From NCBI RefSeq assembly GCF_006345805.1, contig NW_021835842.1:1-37981 (forward strand): a stretch of DNA of 37,981 nucleotides. Reading direction: 5' to 3'. Positions 12,070-25,035 of this stretch are shown piece after piece (within the stretch, counting starts at the first letter, position 1; each line of letters opens with the position of its first letter). A program made the translations under genes and the position numbers. The notes beneath the pieces were generated by a model. That model searched no databases, was not told where the DNA came from, and was given only the letters and a program-made list of their open reading frames with translations. The stretch comes from Octopus sinensis (Eukaryota).

Positions 12070-12612
12070 CTAATTAGCAGATAATCTAATGTAAAAGCCG
12101 TGGTAAAGGGTATGTGCACAGCTCCATCTGGACTATTCCATTTCTGCAAACTAATTTTATTTTAAATTTGTTCCCATTCATATGAAACCACTTATTCAAG
12201 TTCAAGTCATTGATGCACTTTAATACCAATTGCTATTTTTACTTTTAATTGTTATGTTACGATTTAATTATTATATTATACTTTAGTTTGATTTTAATTA
12301 TTACTTACTACATATAATTCAATTGTTATTATAATCTCTAATTTTTATTGTTAAAGTGAAAGTATCTGACATAAAATAGAGAAATGTTTTTGTTTCCCTT
12401 TTAACATGTAATACTGAAATAGTGGAGAAGATATGATATTGCTATGGGGACGCCCTAGGCAAGAAGTTAAACATTTTTTGTCCATGAAACTACATGGACC
12501 CTAAGTAAGGCATGTGTAAAATTTGAATGAAATTGGTTGTGTAGTTCTCAAGTTTTAGGGAAACACACCGACAGACAGACAGACATACATTCTCAGTTTT
12601 ATATATAGAGAT
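12070..12612 (+). mobile_element. Non-autonomous Helitron-like element (Lep1-type end architecture)
   Basis: The right end gtgtaaaatttgaatgaaattggttgtgtagtt...acac(agac)n..attctcagttttatatatagagat resembles the (GACA)n-bearing terminus of Lep1-like rolling-circle elements. The left boundary is uncertain. Confidence 0.5.
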
Positions 12613-13119
12613 ATGTAATATACATATATGCTCGCACGCGCACGCTTACATACGCCCACCTAGGGATACATGTAAATAGGTGTATATATTTGTATTTATA
12701 TGCATATTACGGTTCTAAAAGTTTGTTGTGTTACCTAGGTGGTATTAATAAAAGCGATTCAATTCGAAAAGGAAATACAGGTTCCGGTGAACCTGGTAGC
12801 CATTATGGTTAGTTCTCCATAGATATGCATTCCTAAGACAAAAAGAAAAAATAAATTCTAAGTAAAATCTGAATTTTAATTGTTCTATCTGTTTTCTTTT
12901 GATTTGTTTTTACTGAGAATGATGTGAGTTAATTTAAAGCTGACTATAATTAAAGTTTTTCTCTGTGATATTTTCAGTGTCAGGAATTACAAGGTAAATC
13001 CTAGCAGAATCTGCAGCAATTTGGCATCAATTCCTGCACCCCACCACACACACACATTGTAAATCCGGTTACTACATAGTGTATCAAAGTAGCCTTCTTT
13101 TAATTAGCGCAGTATACAT

Positions 13120-13120
13120 T

Positions 13121-13186
<66 letters not shown>

Positions 13187-13187
13187 A
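13120..13187. repeat. (TC)n microsatellite
   Basis: Seen directly. Confidence 0.95.
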
Positions 13188-13749
13188 GTTTGTAGGTATT
13201 TAACCTCAAGGATGTACTTCGTTCAATGACATCCACGGAGTGACAATCACATTATAATGTATATCTACGTCTACATTGTATCATTTGTCTTTAAGAAGTC
13301 ACAATTTTATTTGAGTCATTATACTATTATATGTATCAGGTCGAGTGACATAGTTGTGTTATCTCCTCTCTTCGGATTTTACTGTTAGAATTAATGGGCA
13401 AGCATTCTACTTATAGCTGTATTGCCATTATTCTGAAGTGTATACATATAGTATGTCTAAAATATGGTATAAACATACTTTTATTTAATTCTGCGCCAAA
13501 TACCTTAACCTACACGCATTACAGTAAACACGGTTAGGTTGAAAAAGATATGCGACTTTCCTATGCTCTTGAACAGACTGATTTGAAGAAGCATTAAAAA
13601 GCAATGTTCAATTACTTAGGAACTATCGTATTTTCACTAATGCTTCAATTCATTTCACTAATGCGTCGAAGAAATAAGACTTTGTTTTTCAAACTAGAAC
13701 AAGTATTCATGTCTGCAATGTAACTCCATTTTGAACAACAACATTATGC

Positions 13750-13990
13750 AAGCTCTGCCCCATTAATTGTCAGGATTACTGCCCAACGCGACATGCCAGC
13801 CAGTAAAGAGTCTCCATGTATCCACTTAAAGTACTAGACACAGCAGCTAAACATCACTCAGCCTATACAGCTAAGCCTTAATAATGAGAAAGGTAACAGT
13901 GGATAATGTAGTTCTTGATACACAAACATACAGAATGGTTATGTGTGGATTGTATTCAATCAACTGAGTGGTCAATGATGGCGAAGGCCA
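13750..13990. repeat. Old interspersed-repeat fragment (ctagaaatagcagccaaa-type motif)
   Basis: ctagacacagcagctaaac resembles ctagaaagagtagccaaac (about 10234-10252) and, more weakly, gctagaaata at about 37140. Confidence 0.35.
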
Positions 13991-14397
13991 ATAACCAAAT
14001 GTATAAAGACGTTTTTGTTATTGCATAAATGCTGTTTTGTAAAACTACAAAGAAGAAATTAAACTAAAAATGTTAAATGTATTGATAGGGATAGTTATAG
14101 AAACTCACGCACTTTAAGCCAGCGACATTTCAAAGTGTGTACATGTGTGTGTCTGCCTAAATACAAACAAAGCACAAACACAATTGTCTGACCAATAAAT
14201 ACAAATATGCACACATCTGCACGCAGAATTATATATATATATGTCTGTGTGTGTGTGTACTTGCATATACACATAGTCAGATACATACGTAATACATATA
14301 TATAAAGATGAATGTACATATGTAAGCGCATGTCATTTTGAATATGAAAGTGAAATTTATTTTATATTACACTCACAAACACACACTGACACACACT

Positions 14398-14434
<37 letters not shown>

Positions 14435-14753
14435 GAAAGTGCGTATAAGTATATATTTATATACATGTGTGTGTGTGCGCGCGTTTGTGTTTCGATGATG
14501 TTTCTAATAGAACTCAATCTCTTATACAGTAAATGAAGAGTAATAAATACAAATACATAGAATGGAGAAAATTCCTATTTCGAAAATATGTTTTGAATAT
14601 GTTATGCATATAACATGAAGAATATAATCATGTTGAAAAATTATGTTTGTTTAGCAATCAATAAACAATATAAGATTAGGTAAATTTCTGAGAATAAATG
14701 TATTACTTACGTGTCTTTTCATATATTTTTCGTGATCATCATTGAATTATATT

Positions 14754-14756
<3 letters not shown>

Positions 14757-14821
<65 letters not shown>

Positions 14822-14859
14822 ACACACATAATATATATATACATATCATATATATATAC

Positions 14860-14891
<32 letters not shown>

Positions 14892-14921
14892 TATATATAT
14901 ATAATCTATATATATAATATC

Positions 14922-14952
<31 letters not shown>

Positions 14953-14970
14953 TATATAAATTCATATATA
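14757..14970. repeat. Imperfect (TA)n tract
   Basis: Seen directly. Confidence 0.95.
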
Positions 14971-15619
14971 TCAGTCCTCTACCTATCGCGTGCGTGTGTG
15001 TGTATGTGTTTGTGTGTGTTTGTGTGTGTACATATATATATGTATATATTTACACACACGTATACATATCGTAGAACACTCCGCAGATCCGCTCCGCCTA
15101 TTTCTTCATCCTTTCCCACATACTCATTCCCACCCAAACGATTCGCTACTGCATCCTTCCCTCCGTACATATTTATAAATATAAATACATTTATCTATTT
15201 CTGTTTGCGTTGAGATCCGACGAATCTAGATTTATAATACCGTTCCAAAAGAGAAAAATTCGTTGATGGTCGTAATGACGAGAAACTCGCTTTGCAAAAT
15301 AAAGAATGCAGTTCAGGTAAACAAAATCTCATGCTCGTAATGTCTGTAGAAGATCTGCGGGCAGCCTTCGATATTTTCTATCGAAAAGAGATTTTTATGC
15401 CAATATAGTAGTATTTATAGTATTATATGTATTTCGAGGTCCAATAAACAAAAAAAAGAGTGGGAGAGAAGAGAATATAATCTATATCATATACTGAGTA
15501 CGCTGTTTCTTTTTTGTTACAAATCAACACCTAGTGTATACATACATTAGCGCAAGATATATCCATGTATTTTACATATTTATATATATATATATATATG
15601 TATATAAATTTGTACATTA

Positions 15620-16460
15620 TATAAGGTACATTCCAAAAGATCTGAGACTTATTTTGGGAGGGGTAGTTGTAAGTGCCTTGGATTATTGTACTTTTACTGT
15701 ATCATTACTGTACATCTTATAAAGTGCCCTGCCAACTTTTGTTATTCCAAATTGAACGGCTCTTTGAGCATACCCTAATACAGAATGCTTGTCACAGCTG
15801 ACTAGTTTGAAGAATGCAGTCGGAGAGTAAAGGCTCCAAACTCTTCAAGAATTAACTTGTATTTACTGAGCATTTGTTTTTTGCTGGCAAGAAGTTTCAA
15901 GGACGGTAGAGAGGAGGTGAGTGTTGATAGTTGGTGTAGGAGGGTGACGGATGTCAGGACATCAAAGCTGGTTGAGAAAATATTAACTGGATGAGGACTG
16001 TGGTGTGTCTATAGAGATAATAAACATTCAGTTTAGAATTGGTGTTTCAACTGTCCTCATAATTATTCATGAAGATCCGAATGTTCGTAAAATTTGTGTA
16101 AGGTTTGGTCCCAGGGGATTCAGTGACGTACAGAAAAAAGGAAAGTGTACTTTGTGAAGATTTTGAGTGAGGTCAGAAAGAGGTTCCGTCCCAAGAGGTC
16201 AGAACTCATCAACTGGATCGGTGGCACCTGCACCAGAGACATTCTCCAGTCCACAATTCCAACTTGGTAACCAACTACTTGACAGAGATGGGCATTAAAA
16301 CTGTCGCTCCTCCTCTTCCTTATATTCCAGCTCTTGTCCCCTGTGAATTTTCGTTGTTCTCAAAACTGAAGGAGATCCTCAGGACAATTAGCTTTGAACA
16401 TGAAGGAAGCTGTAACAAGAGTCCTTCCCTTTGGAAGACGTACATAAGAAAGCTATATTT
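15620..16460 (+). mobile_element. Internally deleted mariner transposon remnant
   Basis: FKDGREEV, TVLIIIHEDPNVRKICVRF.P, then EVRKRFRPKRSEL..WHLHQRHSPVHNSNLVTNYLTEMGIKTV..PYIPALVPCEFSLFSKLKE (decayed HDNA and YSPDLAP.DF motifs). A TIR-like tataaggtacattccaaaag lies at the left end. Confidence 0.88.
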
Positions 16461-18058
16461 CATGATGTCAATAGCATGTGTATAAAATGCAAGATTTACT
16501 ATAATTCAAATATATATCACTGCTTAAATCTAAATTCCTCCTTGCACTTAGATCAAGACCGAGAGGCCGATGAGCAGGGCTAATCCACCACTTAACTTAC
16601 GACACCTACTCGCCGACCTAGCAATTTTCATATTTGCTGGTTTTCACAAAACACAACATGCTAATAAGAAGCAGAAAATAACCCACAAACTAAAGTTTAG
16701 CAGAAAATGGCTAACTAAATTTAGATGCAGATAAACATACAAAGCATAAAACTTGTTGCATCACACCTATTTAGATTTAAATATCATAAAAATGAGATTT
16801 GTTAACCCTAAATTCTCACTCAAAATTTAAGGAGAAGTAGTTGTCTGTAAACATTTTTACAAGATTCCGTCAATTTCAGCATTCAGAAGGTTACTTTCTT
16901 TTTTAATGCAATAATGATGCATCTGATTTCAGTAATATCACTAGAATAATTTTGTAAATTAGCAGAATGCCTTACAGTACAGTCTATAACTAAGTGCATT
17001 CTTCGGCGACTTTTAGAATTCGATACAAGTTTCATTCCTAATAAATATTAATATTATCAACGCTTTAAAATATTTTACGTTGTACGATAATTGTTTGGTC
17101 GGAAGTATTTGATAATATCCGAGGGCTTTACGATTCTTTAATTTTTAGAATTGCATACCACAAATTTACTGGACTGTACTTTTGATTAGATTCTTCTTTG
17201 CCAAGTTTGGTCATTAATTAAGACAAAAGTCTCCTTATTTTAATGCAATATAAATATGGTAAAGGTGAGAGAAAGCATTGCAGATATCAAAATTTATCCC
17301 AACCATCGCCCAATATTTTTTTAAAAATTAGCTAAGATCATAAGTTTATTGTCTGAGAAGCAATCGTTCAAAACTTCTACAAATTACTGAAAGAACTTAA
17401 AATAAAATAGCTTCAAATATAGAATACCGTTTATGTTCATAAACTCGGGAAATGAACCGAAATAGAAACATTCACAAAATTAAAATTAACTGCATAATTT
17501 TCACTGTCCGTCGCTAAGATTTCATAACCTTCGAAACAATTATTCCCTCAAACTCACGCGCGCGTGAGCGCATGAACGCACGCACAGCCATGGGTACTTT
17601 AATAGGATTGTCACCAAAGTGAGCTACAGTTGTTCCCCAAAACAAAAACAAAAAATTTTTCTCACTTAGCTAATTTAAATAAAATCAACAGAAAAATGTA
17701 GGATCATTAGTCTTAAATTCATCAGACACATTTGAATATCATAAAATAATTTTCAAAACACAAATGTTCATTAACAAACTGGAGAAAACCTAGAGATAAG
17801 AGAGTCGATACCAATATTTCAAACATGAAACTGCTTACTTTTTCTCTATTATGGAATAATTGTTTAACCCTTATGAATTACTTCAGCTGTATTATGCTTG
17901 TAAATTTATGCAGTCTGTTGTAATAGAGGTCAAGTTTTTTCCTTAACTAAATCCTGTTTTCCAAAATATTATAATTCGCTAATTATATAGAATACGTCCA
18001 TTATAGATCTGAGAAGACCATAATGCAAATGATAACTCGATCTACAGACATGAAGATT

Positions 18059-18290
18059 TTATTACCCAGCGCGCGTAAGCGAAAGCAGGGTATTGTAATC
18101 ACTCGTCTGTTTGTCCGTGTGTTGGAAATATTAGGCAGAAATGCTCATCGGTGGGTGGCTCGAAATGATGATCATCTGGTTTGGTTATCTTTAAAAAAAT
18201 CGAACTTACAAATTTCCCGATAAGCAAGTGGTCATATTGTTTTGTTCACTTTCTTTTTCAGATGAATCGACCCGCGCCTGCATGTGTATA
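18059..18290 (+). mobile_element. Helentron-associated/DINE-1-like non-autonomous element fragment
   Basis: Starts in a T-run with ttattaccc, then a GC hairpin-like cgcgcgtaagcgaaagc, then agggtattgt (partner of the subterminal IR) and gtctgtttgtccgt. This is the HINE/DINE-1 layout. Confidence 0.45.
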
Positions 18291-19567
18291 AATCTTGGTG
18301 TACCTATGTGTGTAGACTCGTGTGCGTACATACATGCATAGATATGCGACTACGTGTGTGTGTGTGTACACTAATGGATTCGTTTATTTACGAGTCGATT
18401 TCTTAATAACACCGTAGTATAAATACTTATAATAGTGATAATTATGAAAAAAAATGCTTAATTCAGTTCAGTTAAAAAGCATGGGTAAGCAATGTATTGT
18501 AAGCCACACTATAATTTGCAAATAAATTTATCTGCACACAGGGTATGCATCGCTCCTCCGATACCCTATTTTTTTCATTTTTTTCTATTGTGATAGCAAG
18601 CGGGACAATGAACGCCCAATTATTTCCTGGTTTAGTTAGTGTGTTGACCAGATTCACATCATCAAAGCCCAGGCTACATGATGGATGTTAGCGTACACTT
18701 GGTAGTTGCTTATTTTTATGTGTATATGCATATATGGATGTGGCTACAAGATTCATAATTAGTGTGGTGGATAATGTTGTGTACCACAGCTAAAAATTAA
18801 ACTAGAAATTAAGCGTCTGTGCGCACTCGCTTGAGCGCTTGCCTATATGTGTGTTTGTGTACGGGTGCGTAAACTAGTGCTTGACTGTCTGTGGAATGTC
18901 AGATATCAGTCGGCGAGGTGGCCATAAATAAAAGAACGCTAGAAAGACAAAGAAACGCCTAGGTAAGCAAGAGACTTAAAAAGTTTCCAATTACTATTAC
19001 AGGAAATATGTATTGTTTGATGTCAATGTGTTCATTTCTGCATTTGTGCGTACTCGTATGTGTGAGCTGTGTCTGTGTTTGCATTTTCGTGTGTACGTGA
19101 ATGTGTTTTTCTAGGTGTGACTGTGTCTCAGTTAAATTTGTTTTTTCGAAGCGTTTTCCTTTTTGTTTTAGCGTTACATACATGCGGTCTGTAGATACTT
19201 TGCGTTAGTTAGTATTAAGGTGCACCAGTAGCGGTTGTGGTTGCGGGCCTTAGCTAATATACCGGAGTTATGTTTATGCTTTCTCTGTATGGTCAGATCA
19301 AATGTAAGTGCCAGTGAAAGAGTAGGTTTTCATTTTTAATGACTTGTGCACGTTTCTAGCGTTTGTTGTGCTAATTATATTATTAGCGTCTTTCGTTTAT
19401 GTTGATTTTTTGAGTTGGAGCAAGCAAGCATGTGCTGAGGAGCGCCCGCGAATACATGCATCATATGCGTGAGTGAGTGCTCGTCATTTCATATGCCTAT
19501 GGCCATGTTAGATATATTTGGTTTTGTTTTAGCGTGCATACACTCGGTACCATCCATAATTTTTTCC

Positions 19568-19568
<1 letters not shown>

Positions 19569-19604
<36 letters not shown>

Positions 19605-20274
19605 GTGTGTGTGTGCGTGTGTGTGTGTTGTGTGTGTGGCGTGGTGTGTGTGTGTGCGTGTGTGTGGTGTGTGGCGTGGTGTTGTGTGTGCGCGTGTGTG
19701 TGCGTGCGTGTGTTGTGTGTGCGTGTGTGTGTGCGTGTGTGTGTGTGTGTGTGTGTGGTGTGCGTGTGTGTGTGTGTGCGTGTGTGTGTGTGTGCGTGTG
19801 TGTGTGTGGCGTGTGTGTGGTGTGTTTGTTGTGTGTGTGGTGTGTGTGTGTTGTGCAAGTGATGTGTGGTGTGGGTGGTGTGTGTGTGGTGTGTGCGTGT
19901 GTGTGTGGTGTGCGTGTGTGTGTGTGTGCGTGTGTGTGTGTGTGGCGTGCTTGTGTGTGTGGTGCGTGTGTGTTGCGTGTGTGTGTGTGTGGTGTGGTGG
20001 GTGTGTGCGTGTGTGTGTGTGCGTGTGTGTGTGTGTGCGTGTGTGTGTGTGTGCGGTGTGTGTGTGTGCGCATGTGTGTGCGGTGCGTGTGTGTGTGTGT
20101 GTGTGCGTGTGTGTGTGTGTGTGTGGTGTCGTGTGTGTGCGTGTGTGGTGTGTGATGTCGTGTGTGTGTGTGTGTGTGTGTGTGTCGTGTGGTGTGTGTG
20201 TGGTGTGTGTGTGTGTGCGTGTGTGTGTGTGGGTGGCGTGTGTGTGTGTGTGTGTGGTGTGTGTGTGTGTCGTG

Positions 20275-20314
<40 letters not shown>

Positions 20315-20908
20315 GTGTGTGTGTGCGTGTGTGTGTGGTGCGTGTGTGTGTGTGTGCGTGGTGTGTGTGTGCGCGTGGTGTGTGCAGCGTGTGTGTGTGT
20401 GCGTGTGTGTGTGTTGTGTGTGGCGTGTGTGTGCGTGTGTGGTGGTGGGTGTGTGCGTGTGTGTGTGTGTGTGTGGTGCGTGTGTGTGTGGTGTGTGTGT
20501 GTGTGTGTGCGTGTGTTGTGTGTGTGTGTTGTGTGTGCGTGTGTATGCGTGTGGTGTGTGTGTGTGTGTGTGTGTGGTGCGTGGTGTGTGTGCGTGGTGT
20601 GTGTGTGCGTGTTGTGTGTGTGCGTGTGTGTGTGTGTGCGCGTGTGTGTGCGTGCGTGTGTGTGTGGTGCGTGTGGTGTGTGTGTGGTGTGTGCGTGTGT
20701 GTGCGTGTGTGTGGTGTGTGTGCGTGTGTGGTGTGTGTGTGTGTGTTGCGTGTGTGGTGTGTGTGGTGTGTGTGTGGTGTGGTTGTGTGTGCGTGTGTGT
20801 GTGCGTGTGTGTGGGGTGGTGTTGTGCGTGTGTGTGTGTGGTGTGTGGTGTGTGTGTGTTGTGTGTGTGTGTTGTGTGTGTGCGGTGGTGTGTGTGTGCG
20901 TGTGTGTG

Positions 20909-20942
<34 letters not shown>

Positions 20943-21128
20943 GTGTGTGTGTGTGTGTGCGTGTGTGTGGTGTGCGTGTGTGTGTGTTGTGTGTGTGTGT
21001 GTTTTTTGGTGTGTGTGCGTGTGTGTGCGTGTGTGTGTGGTGTGTGCGTGTGTGTGTGCGTGTGTGTGTGTGTGTGCGGTGTGTGTGTGTGTGTTGTGTG
21101 TGTGTGCGTGTGTGTGTGCGTGTGTGTG

Positions 21129-21160
<32 letters not shown>

Positions 21161-21408
21161 CGTGTGTGTTGTGTGCGTGTGTGTGGTGTGTGCGTGTGTG
21201 TGTGTGTGGGTGTGTTGTGTGGTGTGCGTGTGTGTGTGCGTGTTGTGTGTTGTCTTGTGTGTGTGTGTGCGTGTGTGTTGTTGTGTGTGTGTGGCGTGTG
21301 TGTGTGCGTGTGTGTGTGTGTGCGTGTGTGTGTGTGTGCGTGTGTGTGCGTGTGTGTGTGTGTGCGTGTGTGTGTGCGTGTGTGTGTGTGTGCGTGTGTG
21401 TGTGTGTG

Positions 21409-21450
<42 letters not shown>

Positions 21451-21454
21451 CGTG
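19569..21454. repeat. About 1.9 kb interrupted (TG)n/(TGCG) microsatellite
   Basis: Seen directly. It is the source of the 400-700 aa poly-CV/HT ORFs. Confidence 0.97.
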
Positions 21455-21589
21455 TTGTTTCATTGTATAGAGGCCAATTTCTCTTTGGGTTGAGCCTGTG
21501 GGCCTTAGACGATGTATGTGCTTGTCCCAAGGTTTTTTATATGGTCATATTAATTAAAGGTGGTGGGTTTTTTGTTTTATCTATTCAGC

Positions 21590-22360
21590 AATGGTTATTC
21601 TAATTAATTTGGGTATGTACTCAGTTTTATTCTAATTATTGTGTGTAGTCAGTAAGCAGTAATCAGTGTGTATCTGTAGTAGGATTAGTCTAATTAATCC
21701 GTGTAATAATTTTTCTAAAAAGTATTGGCTCGGCTTAGCTTGGCTTTATGCTCTTGCCTGATGGGGTTGTAGTCATCCCATGTTAGTGGCCCCATCTAGC
21801 GTAGAGCCGACCAGGTTAACCAGTGCTCTCCATCCCTGGCGGTTCCGTGCCAACTCCTGTGAATCATCCACTGTAATGTCAACCCCCTGGAAATCTTCCT
21901 TAGTCACGTTCATCCACTTGGTGCTGGGTCTGCCAAGAAGTCTCTTCCAGATCGGAGCTGGTGCGTCGAATAAGAGTAAGACCTTGGTAGGATGATCTAG
22001 CGGGAGACGCAGGATATGAGTGAGGAGATTTTTCTAATTAGTGTGTATGCAGCAGTGATTATTTTAACTAGTGTGTGTATGCAGTAAGGAGTGTTCTAAT
22101 TAGTGTGTGTAATTAGAATGTGTAATTAATGAAGAAATTGTGCGCATATGTAGTATTATTCTAATTTGTGTGCTTGTATAGTAAGGCACATTCTAATTAG
22201 ACTATGTAATAAGGGTTATTCTAACTAGTGTTTGTACATATAATTAGGATTATTCTAATTAGTTTGCATGTTGTAATAATTATTCTAATTATTGTGTGTA
22301 TATAGTAATGTTTATTCTAATTAGCGAGTCTCTATAGTAAGGATTAGTCTAATTTGTGAT
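21590..22360. repeat. Degenerate minisatellite, unit about 30 bp (ttattctaattagtgtgtgtatagtaagga-like), split by an RTE insertion
   Basis: The ttctaatt/gtctaatt anchor recurs at roughly 25-35 bp spacing in 21595-21720 and 22030-22355. Confidence 0.8.
21727..22027 (-). mobile_element. 5'-truncated RTE LINE 3' end with a short-repeat tail
   Basis: Uninterrupted minus frame 22018-21773: HILRLPLDHPTKVLLLFDAPAPIWKRLLGRPSTKWMNVTKEDFQGVDITVDDSQELARNRQGWRALVNLVGSTLDGATNMG*. The tail is agccaagctaagccgagcc. Confidence 0.88.
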
Positions 22361-22958
22361 TTAAATCTGAGTAACATGTAGCATCGTAGAAAACCTTTCC
22401 TACTTAGTAACTTTATAGTTAAACGAAATATTAGGAAACTGCTTGATGTAAGAATCGGTTTACAAAATGGTGTTAGTATTTATAAATTCATAGAAGTTTA
22501 CATTTTTCACTTAATTCAGATGAGACTTCGCTCAGCCGAATTCTCTTTTTATCCTGATGTTATTCTAATTTTCCGAAGCACAAAAGGTAATATATTGAAT
22601 GGTTTTATGACTTGTTTAAGCTCACATTGAGATTATCACATGACGGATAGTTTTTGGCAAATGTGATTTTTACCATAACAGTGTATCAGAGAACTTCGAA
22701 GATAGAATACATGATATGCAGAACAACACTAATGTTCATGAATATACAAATAGAAAATGTAATATTCTTTCCAAAATTTAAATGTTCATTTCAAATATCT
22801 CATTAAATTCATAAATAATTACTTCAACCTAAATGTCATAAGGCCTTCATTAAAAATAACATTCAGGTGAGTAACGTTTAAAAAACAAACACCAATTCAC
22901 AGGTGCCCTCTCATCATAATTTCAAGAACTGATTCTCAACAATGCGTGTTTATTTATT

Positions 22959-23172
22959 GGTTTCAAATTTTGACACAAGGCCAGCAAATTTTAGAAGTGG
23001 TATAAGTCGATTACATCGACTTCAGTGTTCATATGATACTTATTTATCAACCTCGACAGGATGAATGGTAAAGTCGTCCTCAGAGGAATTTGAACTCAAA
23101 ACGTAAAGACGGACAAGGTGCTAATAATCGTTTTGCCCGGAGGGATAACGACTCTTCCAGCTCGCCACCTTC
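22959..23172 (-). mobile_element. Older Nin-domain-like SINE copy
   Basis: Reverse complement of the 1586-1755 head and core (ccagctcgccacctt, ggaatttgaactca, cttatttatcaacc). Candidate TSD cgtgtttatttatt (22945-22958) and cgtgtttttgtatt (23173-23186). Confidence 0.82.
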
Positions 23173-24007
23173 CGTGTTTTTGTATTAAAAATAACTAATA
23201 CAAGTGGAAAAAGAGCTACTTAGAATTTACAGAAAATGAATTAGAAAAGCATTGACGTAAGTTGTGAAAAACTCGTCGATTTACTCTGCAGATACAGCTG
23301 CCGTTTCACCGATGATACAGGTATCAAATATAAATCGATTGGTTCAATATAAAATCAATGTTTCCGGCCAGAATGACTCCAGGGGTTCTGATTTCTATCG
23401 CTCGTGGAACTATAATTTTATGCTGGAAACTTGCAACAACTTTAAGCAAAAGATTGGAATTGATAAATCTTTGCTGATATTTCAATCGATATTCATAAAG
23501 GAATTTCCTAATAATAAGTGTCTAAAACACATTATTTTCAAAATTACTAATTTACCAGACCCTAAAACATGAATTTTTAATTAATCATCAACTCTAGCAC
23601 TTAATTATTATGTTTCCTTTACTTTTATGTGATTTATATACATGATATTGGAGATTAGAAATCGTATGGAGTAAAGATTGTTTGCCAACACAACATGGTA
23701 GTCCTGGTTTAGGACGAATGTTGCTGTAATTTAGCCCCAGATTCTCGTTGTAGAAATCTCATGATTTCGCAGTGGAAAAAAAAAACAAGAAAACAATTAT
23801 TCTATGCATGGCGCTTCAATAGAGGAGATGCGTATTTTCTGAAACTTTTAACAACCAATCATGTTTCTAAGCTGGCCAGTTCCTATTCCACTTTCTTAAA
23901 CCGTATATTTGTAGACATATTCAATGTACCCCAATAGTACCATGGGAATCAGTTGAGTAATCGATAATATGAAATTCAGATTTAGGATTTAAGTTTCAGC
24001 AGCTAAT

Positions 24008-24231
24008 TATGTATGTATGTATGTATGTATGTATGTATGTATGTATGTATGTATGTATGTATGTGTGTATGTATGTATGTATGAATGTATGTATGTATGT
24101 ATGTATGTATATATGTATGTATGTTTGTATGTATGTATGTATGTATGAATGTATGTATGTATGTATTTATGTATGTATGTATGTATGCATGCATGTATGT
24201 ATTTATGCATGTATGTATTTATGTATGTATA
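24008..24231. repeat. (TATG)n microsatellite
   Basis: Seen directly. Confidence 0.95.
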
Positions 24232-24544
24232 TCAGGTCACCCTTACCCTTAGTGCGATCGGTAACATCTAATTCAATGCAAACTATCGCTTGGTCGGACT
24301 GTCGTCGAATAAAGCGTCAACGATGCCAATCCTATCTATCACTGCCTTTTTCTCTTCCACCCTCTCTCTCTTTTCCTCCCTATATATATATATATATATA
24401 TTCCAGTCTTGTCGGGGGAACATTCACTAGGACAAATAATCAGTCCACAATTCTTTCCTGTATGTATATGTATATATGTATATTGTATAGGTATATATTT
24501 GTATGTGTGTGTGAGAGAGAGAGTGTGTGCATGTTTGTGCATCT

Positions 24545-24700
24545 TTGAGTCTAGGTTTGTCCACTACTACCGCTTCACAACCGGCGTTGGTGTTGTTTAC
24601 GAAACGTAGCGGTTCGGCTTAGGACACCGATAGAATAAATACCAGGCTTACAAAAAAATAAGTACTGGGGTCGATTCATTCGAATAAAATTTCTTCTTGG
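24545..24700 (+). mobile_element. 3' half of an OK-like SINE
   Basis: acaaccggcgttggtgttgtttacg...tagcggttcggc...accgatagaataaataccaggcttacaaa...ctggggtcgatt matches 619-691 and the reverse complement of about 35596-35706. Confidence 0.75.
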
Positions 24701-24989
24701 CATTATCCCCCCACACACATACACACACAGACACATGCAAGGTATCAAGGTGTCTCTTAATTTTAACACCTGTATTATGCATTGCATACCATGGTTAGAC
24801 TTACATGAAAAATGGGGAAAAAAACTAATATTTAAGTGTAGTCTTCTTATATCGTCGGTGGCAAGCTCACTGAACACATGTGCGCAAAATGGTTTAGATT
24901 CCTTGTACTATAAAAATCTACACGTAGGCCTCCCATATTTCAGAAAACAAACACGTAATTTTTGCAATCCAAAATTGAGTATATATACA

Positions 24990-25035
<46 letters not shown>

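Noticed and set aside
12978-12993. 16-nt microexon (ttttcag|...AAG|gtaaat)
   Set aside because: Not frame-preserving and has no supporting neighbouring exons. Such motif pairs arise by chance in AT-rich DNA.
13188-13260. Exon after a long polypyrimidine tract
   Set aside because: The tract is a (TC)n microsatellite, and there is no convincing donor or recognisable reading frame.
19469-21603. ORFs of 200-708 aa rich in Cys/Val or His/Thr
   Set aside because: Translations of the (TG)n array, open in all frames only because the repeat lacks stop codons.
23264-23572. 102-aa ORF
   Set aside because: GTG start, composition typical of AT-rich non-coding DNA, and no recognisable domain.
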